From Podarcis erhardii (taxonomy: Eukaryota), in assembly GCA_964252035.1 (NCBI GenBank), contig OZ176201.1: 64,000 nucleotides of DNA; one strand, written 5' to 3'. A program made the position numbers and the translations under genes. Positions 12,145 to 24,200 of this stretch are shown piece by piece (positions within the stretch are counted from its first letter, which is position 1; every line of letters starts with the position of its first letter). The notes beneath the pieces are model-generated. The model was given only the letters and a program-made list of their open reading frames with translations. It was not told where the DNA came from and searched no databases.

Positions 12145-12320
12145 TTTGGTTGGCATCTATCTGATTCGGGAGACAATGGAGGAGTGTGCCTTTGGGGGTG
12201 GATTCAACCTGTTGGAAGGTTACAGCGCCTGCAGTGTGTGTAGAGAATGATATGGGAGAGACATGTTTTGTTACAGCTGGGGCAGATGAAGACGTCCAGT
12301 TGTGCACATGAAGATGCACC
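12145..12320 (-). mobile_element. RTE-clade LINE 3' end (second copy)
   Basis: The reverse complement aligns with 7830-7985. Confidence 0.65.
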
Positions 12321-12556
12321 ATAGAGCTTCTTCTCTCTGCACTCCTCCCAGTGATCATTCCTCCTGTATTAAACGCATACTGGATTACAGGCCTATGCTA
12401 GTGACCACCACCACATCCTGTGGCAATGAGGTCCAAACATCCTTTCGTTTGTTTTTTCTCCTGCATGAACTCCTGGTCAACTTTAGCAAGGCACCATAAG
12501 CTCTAGTGTTTTGAGAGAGACAGAGAGATTGCCATACAATTAACATAGACTCTATA

Positions 12557-12939
12557 CAGGGGTGTCTTACCCATAGAGGCTAGTGGCACAAGGCACCAGG
12601 ATGCCAAGTTCTGGAGGGCGCCAGGGAAGAGGCGGAGGCTGGACGCAGCGCCTCCTGACATCAGCTTGCCACCCTTGCCCACCTCCGCCATGCTGTGCTT
12701 AAGCAGTGCCGTGCCTGGAGCCTCCACCTGCTGTGGCCACCACAGCATGAAGCAGCCAGCTGAGCTGGGAGTTGCTGCGTCCTGCCTCCGCCTCTTCCCG
12801 GCTGGAGGAGCTGCCCTTCAGCTGCTGCCTGCCTCCTCCAGCCCTGCTGGCAGTGCCGTCCTCCCTTAAAAACTCTGGGAAATGGGGATCCCGGAGGGAT
12901 CTTTGCACCATGGTGCCGAATATGCTTAAGATGGCCCTG
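12557..12939. mobile_element. hAT non-autonomous element
   Basis: Termini CAGGGGTGTCTTA and TAAGATGGCCCTG; TSD ACTCTATA/ACTCTATC. Same family as 39485-39930. Confidence 0.85.
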
Positions 12940-13215
12940 ACTCTATCTATGCCTTTCCAAACAAACCAGGAAAAAGGAAGTTTCCCCACTGTGGACCAGT
13001 TCCTCACATTCCTTAGGGTCCTCCATATTTCCATATCCTCTGCATTGTTTTGCTAGCTGATTGCATAGCATACAATGTGATGTAATGATTAGAGCGTAGT
13101 GGTTAGACTAGGTCCTGGAAGACCAGGGTTCAAATTCATACTCCGCCCTGAAACTCAGATAGACTGGCAAAGAAAAAGCGATTTATATGTGTTGCGTATG
13201 TGATATAACACTGTG

Positions 13216-13229
13216 CCACCAGGTGGCGC
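13216..13229 (+). promoter_or_regulatory. CTCF core motif
   Basis: GTGCCACCAGGTGGCGCAG closely matches the CTCF consensus CCASYAGRKGGCRS. It lies in apparently non-repeat sequence and keeps its CpG. Motif match only. Confidence 0.6.
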
Positions 13230-13412
13230 AGAAATCCACCTACTAGATTTCTCTGTTTAAATTTACAACACATTTAACTGAAATGCTTCTTTGATGTGTC
13301 TCGCTCCAGCCTTGGTCCCCTTGGGCTGTCTCTTAGCCTAGCCCCGCCTTTCAGAATTGTTGTTGTCATTGGATTGTCACTGGATGAAAAGTGGGATATT
13401 AATGTAATGTAA

Positions 13413-13440
13413 AGTCAGTCAGTCAGTCAGTCAGTCAGTC
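13413..13440. repeat. (AGTC)7 microsatellite
   Basis: Visible directly. Confidence 0.95.
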
Positions 13441-13564
13441 AATACACAACCCCTACACAATCATTTGAAGCCAAAATGGCTAGTCGGTCACAAAAATAGT
13501 AGAAATTGTAGGTACAGAAGACATGGAGGTCAGAGGCAAGGATAAAGGGCTTAATCCTACTCCC

Positions 13565-14169
13565 ATCATCACCGTTCTCATGATCATTTCAACTCCACGA
13601 GATGAGATCTTGCATGGAGCCCCAGACCGAGGGAGATTGACAATTATTTTGTGTTTCTTCCATTTGTGAATTATTGTACCAAGCTGCTTGGCAATAGTCT
13701 TGAAGCCCAGTCCAGCCTTGTGCAGGTCTACAATCTTGTCCCTGACATCCTTGGACAGCTCTTTGGTCTTGGTCGTGGTGTCTACTTTGGAATCTGCTGG
13801 ATTGATTGCTTCTGTTGACAGTTGTCTTTTGTACAGGTACTGTAACGAGCTGGGATTACAGGTAAGACCTCTCCTTTACAGCAGGTACTTCTAATCTCAG
13901 CTCCTTACATACAGTGAAGATACCAGGTAGCCTGACATCTGGCTGGTTGATATGGGATCAAATACTTATTTCACTCATTATAATGCACATCAATCTCTGA
14001 CCTTTGTCTTCTGGGTTTCTGGGGGGTTTTCCTGTTGTTCTTCTTCGGTCTCTCACAGCTACAATAAACCTACCATTAGAATTATGAACTGGTCATTTTT
14101 TCGTCAGGGAGCAAACAGGGAGCAAACGGGCAAATTTAACAGGGGATCAAATACTTTCCCCCCTTACCG
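13565..14169 (-). mobile_element. Tc1-like transposon left end with decayed transposase 5' region
   Basis: The minus strand reads [68 protein letters not shown] (paired-like HTH; the GRP motif is replaced by GAP). The terminus is TA|CGGTAAGGGGGGAAAGTATTTGATCCCC, and the AGTATTTGATCCC repeat occurs twice (14143-14155 and 13954-13966), i.e. an IR/DR architecture. Confidence 0.9.
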
Positions 14170-15068
14170 TATATCAAGATAATATCCAGAAACATGGCTT
14201 CATCTGCTTTTGTCTCCGAACCTGCCCACCACTGGCATGCGGCCCTTAGAAGATTGCCCAGAAGGGAATGCGGTACTCTGGCTCAAAGTAAGGTCCACAC
14301 CTTCACAAGATGGTATCACTCGTATTGCAGATTGGCCCTGCTATGTGTAAATGAGGGAAGAACCCCTTGCAAGAGTGGCATGCTTGCAGGATGCAAATCA
14401 AAATGGAGCCTGCTTTAATCTATGGGAGTGACACATTTGCCTGACTTCGAAAGCGAGTCCTATGTCGAGAGCAAATGTTTGGCACTGGGAGCTCCAGGAG
14501 CAAACATGCATCTGAGCTAGCTCTGCCTGCTTCTTGCAGAGTATCTCTCAGATCTTTGCTGAGTTGCATCTAAGCAAACAAGTCTCCCCCCTCCCACCCC
14601 CCGTTTCCAGAAAATGGAGGGAGCCTGGCAGTGTTAATCTAGCTTCTCAGGAGGCAGGGTTAACAGAAGGTCTAGTCAGATGGTGTGTTGGACAGATGGC
14701 TGAAGGGTAACCTCCAGGGCAATGCTGACTAAAGAGGGAACACTGCTTTGGGAATTCTCCAGCATGAGCTGATGCCTGCAGAAAAATAAAGCCAGTGACA
14801 TATTAAAGCAAACAGGGTGGAGGATAGCATGCGATTCAACTTCCAGTGTGACTGATTCCTCACAAACTGCTTTGTAAACTACTAGAGGGAGCTCAGAGGA
14901 TTGCCCCCCCCCCCAATGCACACCATTGAATTGCTTATGGTGCTTGCTCCCTCGAGTGGTGGCTTTTGGCACTGCTAGCTACAAGGCAGCAATCGGCTGC
15001 AGTTCAGTATATGCTATTTGCTCAGCGCGGAGGCCAAGGGCACACTGTATTGGATCGGCCAAAAAATA

Positions 15069-15328
15069 CCGTATTTTTTGCTCTATAAGACTCACTTTTT
15101 CCCTTCTAAAAAGCAAGGGGAAATGTGTGTGCATCTTATGGAGCGAATGCAGGCTGCGCAGCTATCACAGAAGCCAGAACAGCAAGAGGGATTGCTGCTT
15201 TCACTGCGCAGCGATCCCTCTTGCTGTTCTGGCTTCTGAGATTCAGAATATATTTTTTCCTTGTTTTCCTCCTCCAAAAACTAGGTGCGTCTTGTGGTCT
15301 GGTGCATCTTATAGAGCGAAAAATACGT
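15069..15328. mobile_element. Tc1/mariner (pogo/Tc2-type) MITE with an internal hairpin
   Basis: TIRs CCGTATTTTTTGCTCTATAAGA and TCTTATAGAGCGAAAAATACG, flanked by TA; 31-bp internal inverted repeat at 15168-15238. Confidence 0.85.
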
Positions 15329-16104
15329 TAAATAAATACCCGCGTGTGGACTAAGAATATGATGCACCACCATCTTGCCTATGCTGATATCTTACACATT
15401 TACCAGTCTAAAGCCTTGATATATATACAGTCAGGAATGAGTCACAAGACCAGTTGCTGAGCAGATGAAAGGAGGCTTCATCTTGCCATCAGACTCGTCA
15501 CTAAGCAGAGATGCAGAGGCAGAAATTGTACATTGGTCTCCTTGGTGTTGATGCCACGTGCCTCACAGGACTCCCCCTCCAGGTAGGGATGGGACAGCAA
15601 TTTGATTCAGCTCCCATTTAAAGGTGACCCGACCTAATTTGCACTTTCTGAAACAATAAGCGAATCGAAACACAGCCATCCTTCAAAATTCACACTTCTC
15701 CAAATTTTTAATGCAGCTCTCCAGCCAAGGATGCATACATCATACATTTAGGGGAGCACGGCTGGTTTGCCCACACTGGGTGAGTCAGCTCTCAGGCACT
15801 GTGCTTTTGGTTTCATTTCTGTGCGGTAAAAAGTCTAATGCATGCTGTTTTCCACCCCACAAGCCTCATGTATTAAAGTTCTTGGTGTGTGTGTGTTTGT
15901 ACATGTGTGCAAGAGTTAGAGATGCACTTACAGCTGGAAGAAGGAGAAGGAGTCACAGTCAGAAGCAAGAGGGTTTTATTGGATTTAAACACCATCAGGA
16001 GAACAAATATCTCTGTAAGGGTTGGAAATTATTGCTAAGCCTTGGTTTGGGTAGGGAAATGGTCTGGACTAGGTTTGACTGAGTGGATTATCCTATGTTA
16101 TTTT

Positions 16105-16650
16105 CATCTCATCTTATGGTTAACGGACCAAATGTAATAATTAAAAAACAAAAATATAGTGCAACATGCTCAAAAGATATATGCATGAAATAATAAACAA
16201 GGGAAAAAAGAGTATAACATATAATGGTAAATGGAACATTGGTTGCAAGCCCATTTTGACTAATTAGTCCTTCTTCAGATCCAAGTAACATAGAGCCCTT
16301 GGGAAGATGTTTAACAAACTCCTTCATGGGATGTAACCAAATTCTTCAAATGCATCCCTGAATGATAAAAGATCTTTAGCCAGAGCAGCTACATTCTTGT
16401 TAATGAATTCCAGGGCCGAAACAGCGTAACAGGCAGTGATGCATCTGAATAAATTGGTTAAAGTCCACAAAGAAGTTTGCTGTTAAAACTCTTCCCAAGG
16501 ACTCCAGATTACTTGGAAAAGACTAATTAGTCAAAACGGAATTGCAACCAATGTTGCGTTTTCCATTATCTGTTATACCTATTTCCCTATTTGTATTATT
16601 TATTCTTTCATACATACAGCTTTTGATCATAATATAGTATATTTTCATAT
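16105..16650. repeat. Diverged inverted duplication, probably of Penelope-like origin
   Basis: The reverse complement of about 16105-16365 aligns by eye (roughly three-quarters identical) with about 16435-16650. Both arms carry GACTAATTAGTCAAAA. Confidence 0.6.
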
Positions 16651-19543
16651 GTTAAGCCTTGTCGTCAATGCCCTCATTTCTAGGGACCCTCATTGTTGAT
16701 GGCACTGTATCCTCAAATTTAATAGTCAACATTCAACAGACAACACAGTGCTTTGATTCTTGAAGGTGGACTCAATCCCTTTTATATGAACCTCCTTATG
16801 TCCTTTCTTTAATACTCTGTTCTTTTTTCTTCAGAAACTGTTATGCTCAAGCAGTAATGGAATGGGGGTGTTTTTCTTCTTCAAAGGCCTGGCATCTGTG
16901 TGTCATTGTTCTGTACTGAAAACAACAAGCAGAGCAGCTTGTGATCTGCCTTTCTTCTGCTAGCCTCCGTTTCTAGTATTGCTTTTGGCTGATGGTAAAA
17001 CTGACTTAATGTTCCATGGGACTTTTCATTTTTTCACTTGCTGAACACAGTGCACATCAAAGGAAATGTGATGTTCCTTCTTGACTGAAGGAAAGAAAGA
17101 GAGGGAGATTGAGAGAGGAGCATAACCAAATGACCTTTCATCTCTGAAAGTGAATGAGATAGTGTGTGCCTGTGTTTGGGGCATTATGTTAAGTTGAAAA
17201 TAAACCCCATTAAATATTTTCACTGATTGCCCCTGCACTTAACAGGGGTGGAGAGCCTCTGATGATTCCGACTTATGAGATGTGCTGTTTTAAACTTACA
17301 AGGAGTAGACATGCCTTTCCCCACCCCATATCTCAGGGCAGCATGATTGCTTCTACACTGGCCTCTTTTACATTAAAAGATTTCAGGCCATATAAGTGCC
17401 ACTGATTCTTTGCTTAGCAACTGGGCTTAAAGAAATGCTCTTCCAGACCACACTCACATTCTGGCTAGATAAACTGAGCCCCATAACACAGCTGAGCTGA
17501 AATATTTGCACACTGACTTCAGTGATGTGAAATCAGCACAAATAGAAACAGGCTGGATTAACCCATTTCTGAGACCCTCCAAGCTGTTTTTGCAGTTGTA
17601 TTCTGCAACATGTCACTGATGTATTAATAGTACATTAGCAGTGGATATATACTGGGGTGTCTACACATCATTCTGTTTCATTAGTTGTTCTGAGATGCTT
17701 CCCCAATGTTATTGCATTATTGCCATCTGGAGGGACACTCTGGTGCAATAGAATACACAAAAGGCTGGATCTAGACACATCAAAGAAGCGTTTCAGTTAA
17801 ATGCTTTGTAAACTTTGTACAGTATAAGAAATCATGTTGGCAAAAACATAACTCCATAGCACAGTGTTATAATGCACATACAATGCATATAAAGTGCTTT
17901 TTGTTTGCCAATGTTGAGTCCAAAGTGACTCAACACCCACCCCCCCAATAGAACATCTGTGGTATGAAAAGTTACAGGATTTCAGCAGATAGCTACAAAA
18001 TAAGCACTGATAGGACAAAGCACTGCTTGGACAAAGCAGTATCTCCACCTTGAAACTTTTTCAGGTGCAAACAGTATTGAAAACACAATCACATCTAAGT
18101 GCCTTCAACCATCATGAGGACAAATCATGAATGCACAATAAAAATAGATGTCTGGAAGGAACCTCTTTCCGTGTGTGAGGAACAAGCTGAGAAGAGTCAG
18201 TCCCCAAGACACAGGCCTCAAGCATTCCCACTGGTCAATAAAGGATAATATTTCAGAACATCAAGCAAAGGTCAGAATTTCAGCAGTCTAGTGGGCATGG
18301 TTCCAGCTTTCTAGGAGGTAATGAGTCTGATGGGTCCAGTAGGCAGCACTCCAAGGAAAATACATACATGGAGATCCACAAATAGATAAGTTGTAGCCTA
18401 AACAAGCAGCCCCACTAATTCATTGACTAAGTGTGCATAGGATTGTGGTTTCAGCCACACAACTCACAAGACCCTATGCAAAAGGGAGTCGTTAAACTCC
18501 CTCAGTTGAGCAGCTTTGGGACAATATGGAAGTAATACATGAGTACATCTGTATATTAGTGCTTGAGAGGCTAACTGGGTGTGACAACTAGTGTGTAAAA
18601 TACAGTTGCTGCTGAATTCATATGGATGGTGCTGGGGTATCAGGGGGCTGATTTAAGCAAAGAATCAGTGGGAAGAGTGAAGAATATAAGGAAGAATGGT
18701 AGTTTTGTATACAAAGGATCTCCCAGGTTTAATCCCCAGCATCTCCAGGTAGCACCAGGAAAAAATGCAGGAAACCCTGGACAGATGCTCTGATAACAGA
18801 AAACAGTGCCCTCCGATACCAAACTCTCTCCTGATAATTGTTTTCCAACAGTGTTTACATCTGATGTCGCCAATCCACCAGGAGAAAAATGCCTGGTTGG
18901 GGTGGGATGGGATTGCAAGTAAAAAGCAGAAGGGGCAGCAAGGGGCAATCTTCCCTTTCTTCTGTCCTCCCTACCAATTGCAATGCAGTCTGGTACTTTC
19001 ACAATGTAAGCTTAATCCATTTCAGCAGGGAACTCTTATTATTTCAATCAGTCGTGAGTTTGCCTTTGTTAAATCTAATTCCATCGAGCTCAATTTCTAA
19101 CCATCATCTGGGATCTGTTTTAGATGCTTTTTACAAAATTGTAAATTGTTCCTTCTAAATAAAGTTAAAGTCAGAGGGTGGAGGGATTGGGGGCAAGAGG
19201 GGACATTATATAGCAAATGAATCCACATTACTCCAAACTTCAACCAGTAGTGAATCATTTCTCCTTTGTGCTGTGGGCTGATCCCCATCGATTCATTACG
19301 GAAAGGGAAAGTATCACGTCATGTGACTCACGTGCTTGTTTTTTTAAATCCTCCTAAAGACCTTCTTAGTAGGGCTATTGACAGGCTTTCCCACAAACAC
19401 TGAGCTCTTAAGCTGCTCCTAGTTTACAGCAAAAGGTTAAAGGATTTACCAAAGCCCCAAATGAAAGCCATACTAACTGGATTAACTGTTAACATGGATT
19501 TAGGCTTTGAGTCGGATTAACCCCAATTGCTCCAAGTAGGGGG

Positions 19544-19545
19544 TT

Positions 19546-19587
<42 letters not shown>
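19544..19587. repeat. (TTTC)n microsatellite
   Basis: Visible directly. Confidence 0.95.
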
Positions 19588-19588
<1 letters not shown>

Positions 19589-20091
19589 GGGCTGACAGAG
19601 TGAGAAAAGTGCATTATCGGAGGTTTGAAACTGTTGAAAAGGAGCAAGCTGTTGTTGCGAATGATATGAAGCCCGAGAACATGTTAACATCCCTTTGTAA
19701 TGTGATTACTGACTATGTAAGGCCACTTTTCTAATGTCACTTCCCTCTTCCACAATAGCATTGATGAAGTGTTCCATGATTCCCTGGTGTCTGATGGCAG
19801 TTGTCTAGCTACCCTTGCAATGTTGTGCTGCTATCAAGGTCCTAGGCATTGGGGACTTCTGCCACAACATGAAAGCTATGTTGTGTCTTACCCCAAGCAT
19901 TCACTCGCCAGAGGCTTGCAGTCATTCCTACATCCTTGAAAAGTGTACATGTACATAAGAGCATAAGAAGAGCCTGCTGAATCAGGTCAGTGGTCCATCT
20001 AGCCTAGCATCCTGTTCTCACAATGGACAACCAGATGTCCATGAAAAGCCCAAAAGTAGGACCTGGGCACAAGAGAAATCTTCCCTCCTGT

Positions 20092-20528
20092 TGTTGTTGT
20101 TTAGTCGTTTCGTCGTGTCCGACTCTTTGTGACCCCATGGACCAGAGCACGCCAGGCACTTCTGTCTCCCACTGCCTCCCGCAGTTTGGTCAAACTCATG
20201 CTGGCAGCTTCGAGAACACTGTCCAACCATCTCGTTCTCTGTCGTCCCCTTCTCCTTGTGCCCTCCATCTTTCCCAACATCAGGGTCTTTTCCAGGGAGT
20301 CTTCTCTTCTCATGAGGTGGCCAAAGTATTGGAGCCTCAGCTTCAGGATCTGTCCTTCCAGTGAGCACTCAGGGCTGATTTCCTTAAGAATGGATAGGTT
20401 TGATCTTCTTGCAGTCCATGGGACTCTCAAGCATCTCCTCCAGCACCATAATTCAAAAGCATTGATCCTTCGGCTATCAGCCTTCTTTATGGTCCAGCTC
20501 TCACTTCCATACATCACTACTGGAAAAA
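20092..20528 (-). mobile_element. Bov-B (RTE) LINE 3' end
   Basis: The ORF reads MYGSESWTIKKADSRRINAFELWCWRRCLRVPWTARRSNLSILKEISPECSLEG...VHGVTKSRTR, with a (CAA)n tail and TSD TTCCCTCCTGT (20081-20091 and 20539-20549). It is inserted within a CR1 fragment. Confidence 0.95.
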
Positions 20529-22234
20529 CCTCCTGTAGTTCCCTCCTGTAGTTCCCTGTTGATAGCTTTACCCTCCATGAACTTGTCTAATCCTCTTTCA
20601 CAGCCATCCAAGTTAGCGGCCATCACTGCCTATTGCGGGCATGAATTCCACAGTGTAACACTGCTTGCACTTAGAAGCACGTCTCTGGCATGTTCTGCAG
20701 TTCCAGATAAATCAATGTTCAAGTTCTGCATGTAAACAAAGCAAAATGTTTTACAGGTACACCTTACAATGAAAAAGGGCAGGAACAGGCAAAGGCAGCG
20801 GGGCAGGGGCTCAGGGTTGCCAACCATAGTGTTACTTCCACTTACCAGGATGGGGTGGGATAAGGTGGTGTGAGGTTAGCTGTGGTGGTTCACAGAGGGT
20901 AGTTTGGCACCACCCTGCACTTCCCCCATGCCATTCCAGTACTATTGAGATGGTTGCTCTGCACCCCTAGCCCACCGTGGTTCACTGCGGTGGAACCAGG
21001 GTGAAGAGGACACATGTTTATAAAAGAGCTGATGGCTGTGGTGAGATGCCATTCACAGAAGGCTGACCCAGGGAGAAAGGGTTACCCCCCAAAAAATGCC
21101 AGGACCCCTATCCATATTGAGTCCCTACATCTGCAATCTATTTTAAAGGGTGTCTTGTCTGGTTTCACCCCAAGAATGTGTAAAATATAAACAACTATCT
21201 ATTTCTGCCTGGTGCTTATGTCTTGAGGTATTTTGTTCAACATAAAGCCACACTTCTCCTTCTGTCTTGTTCTACTAAAACCCTAATCCCATTTCATTAT
21301 TTCACAGCTTGTTTACTTCCATTATTTCACAGCTTGCTTGCTTGCTTTCTGGATTTCCTTGATCAGCAATCTGTGCTCATTCGTCACTGAAATTAATTTT
21401 GCTTGTAATTCTGACCACATACAACTTTTTGTTTTTGTTTTTATTCTTCCAATTGCCGGGACCTGTTAGGCCTAGTGGGTGGTGGGCAGCAGCAGTAGGA
21501 ATAGACAGAGCATGTGGTGGGGTAGCAATTAGATGGTCTGTGGTCCAAAATCCGTGGCAGTAATGGGGCACTTGGGCCTGGTGGTGCTCAGAGGAATTCT
21601 GGGTCTACCTGCTACCTGCAGTGACTGGAAATTAGAATTCACCCAGTATCGGCCCCTTCATAGCAACACAAAAACACAAGAACAGCCTGCTGGATCAAGC
21701 TAAAGGTCCATCCAGTTCCAGCACCCTGTTCTCATAATGACCAACCATAATGACAACCATGCTTGTGGGAAACCCAGACGCAGGACCTGAGCACAAAAGC
21801 ATTCTCCCCTTCTGTGGTTTCCAGCAACTGGTATTCAAAAGCATTACTGCCTCTAACTGTGGAGGTAGAGCCTAGGCACCATGGCTGGTAGTTAGTGTCA
21901 TCCAGGGTGATGCTATGTCCGAGTCAGGGCCAATGAGCATTGTGGGGCAATTCCAGTGATGGTTGAATCATACAAGTAGTCACCCATCACTCCTGAAAAA
22001 GTCTTCCCCAGCCCAGGATAGGCAGGCAATAGCCATGGCACCCCAAAATTCCCTAGACCATGTCTGGATGGTGCTGGGGCCTACCCTGCTTCCAATAATG
22101 AAAATTTCCGCTACACTTTCAACCGTTCTGCATCAAGTTATGCGAAAAGAAATGGCATTCAAAAAGTTATGAAATGGGAGAGGAAATTTCTGCAGAATTC
22201 CCATGGGAATGTGCAGGGGTTTCTCCCCACTTAC

Positions 22235-22313
22235 CTTACTTTCAAGGTGGCCAAAGGGTGTGTCATTCTTCAAATCATCTGCACATTGCAGCCCTCCTGG
22301 CTGCTCATGCTTC
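22235..22313 (-). other. Candidate minus-strand exon
   Basis: Strong TATTTATTTATTTTAG| acceptor and AAG|GTAAGT donor; 79 nt; open frame KHEQPGGLQCADDLKNDTPFGHLESK. No partner exon was found, so it may be a pseudo-exon or non-coding. Confidence 0.25.
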
Positions 22314-23763
22314 CTAAAATAAATAAATACCATGACATCCTCAGCTAATCTTTCCTGTAAGCATGAGAAGGGGGTGATGATATTACCTGCTGTGTATCTG
22401 TTCCTTGTTTGTTTTTTAAAAGCACCGCTTTTTTCTTTTTACATAAACCAGTGTGGATTTTTATGCAGATCAGAGGTAGGATACCAACATCTCAAATGCA
22501 TGGAAGTCAGGCTCCCTGGCTTCTTGTTTTTCAAATAAAGTCCAGGCAAAGACATCAGTGCTGTGCAAGGCACCCCTGATTTGGCTTGGAGAGTGATTCA
22601 GCAGTCCTGACTGGACCCCAATCCAATCTGGACTGATTCAGGCCTAATCTGGGCCCAAACCAAGCCCTGAACTGAAATGGGGGCCTTACACAATCCTCAT
22701 GCTTCATTAAGGTTTTATTGGGGGTCGGAATGGCATTTACTACAGTTAAATTAGACATGGTATGCATGTTTAACCCTTACAACAGCATGAAAACAACTCT
22801 AGCATAGGTTTAGTGAGCACCGCAAAACTGATGAGTCCCCTTTCAAGTTCATTGAGATAGGTTCCTCAAAAGATCTCTCTGAAGGGTTCCCTGAAGCTGA
22901 AGCTGGAACCTGGAGGCTTCTTTCAAGGCCTTCTCCTACTCTTGGGCTGGCTGAGCAGGAAGCAGCTGCAAGTTTCCTGGTGCTACCCTCTGGTTGAGTC
23001 ATCCACAAAACTCCTTGAAACAGGATTTAAAATCAGAATAATTCTCACCTGCTTTTGCATGGGTAGAGGAATCAACCGCTGCTTCTATACGACACCATGG
23101 ATCACATTGGGTTCACGATCAACAATTTCAGCCTCCTGACAGAGTTCTCACTGAGTTTACAGGGAAGCAGCCAGAGTAGAAAAGCACCCGGGAACCTTCA
23201 ACATTTCTGCTTCTCTTTATGGACATGTGAAATATGATTTACAGAACTCCATAAGGTTTGACACTTGGCATTTTGCAGCATGTGCTGTCACATCCCTTTT
23301 GAATCAAGTGTTGAAATGAAGAACGTTTCTCAGTCCTGAGGCCTTCAGTGGGATTAGCAAGGACAAAGGTGGTGGGTAGGTGGTGGGGAGGGAATAACTG
23401 GAGTCAAAAAGGTACTTTTATTATTCAGGAAAACCCCTGAAATATCACAGGTGGTGGGGACAATGCTGTGCACCTTGCAGCGGAAGGAACACTTGGAATA
23501 TCATCCCCGTCCCTTAAAAATACAAAAACCACTTTGTTTTTTAAATTTTAAATGGAAATACAAATAGCCCAAAACCAGTGCTAACATCAATGACTAAACT
23601 ATATAACAAGATTCCTTTGCTTTCCCCCCTTCTCACAAAAAAAGTTTCCGTACTTAACGATGATCAGTATCATGAATACATCAGTAAGTTCCAGGAACTA
23701 TCATGTCAAAATAATATGTATAGGATTTCATCAGCTTGTTTTTCAGCAGCCTTAGGATGTGAA

Positions 23764-24200
23764 ATGGGATGGGGGAGAAATTCTCCACCCAAAACTGAAT
23801 GGATCAAATTCTCTTTGATTTCCGAAGCAGGATGCAAACCAAAACGCAGCTATCCTTTCAGAAATTGTACTTAATCTGGATTTTGCAATCCAACCAAACT
23901 TCTGTTTTTTGTTTGCAATAAGGCATATATTAGGGGAAAGTGTGCATAAAAATGAAGATGTCAGTGAAAATAACATACAAAAATGCCTTAGAGTAGGGGA
24001 AATCACTCACAAAAATGTGCACATTAGTCAAAACTCTGTATAAACATGTGTTTATATGGGTCAATTCACACGAAAATGCTAATGCACTTTCATGAGGATT
24101 TTTTGAAATCACAAATTGCTGCAAAGTGTGGAGAACTTAATTTACGATCGGAAAAATGAGAAACTGAGAGAACTCAGATAGATAAATCCTTCCATCCCTA
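23764..24200. mobile_element. Non-autonomous DNA element (hAT-like) with GGGATGG...CCATCCCTA ends
   Basis: Short terminal inverted repeat; a related partial copy is near 15587-15780. Confidence 0.5.

Noticed and set aside
12503-13056. Overlapping GC-rich ORFs
   Set aside because: They lie within a non-autonomous hAT element; no transposase motifs.
14926-15354. 142-aa ORF
   Set aside because: It runs through the MITE and its palindrome; no coding signature.
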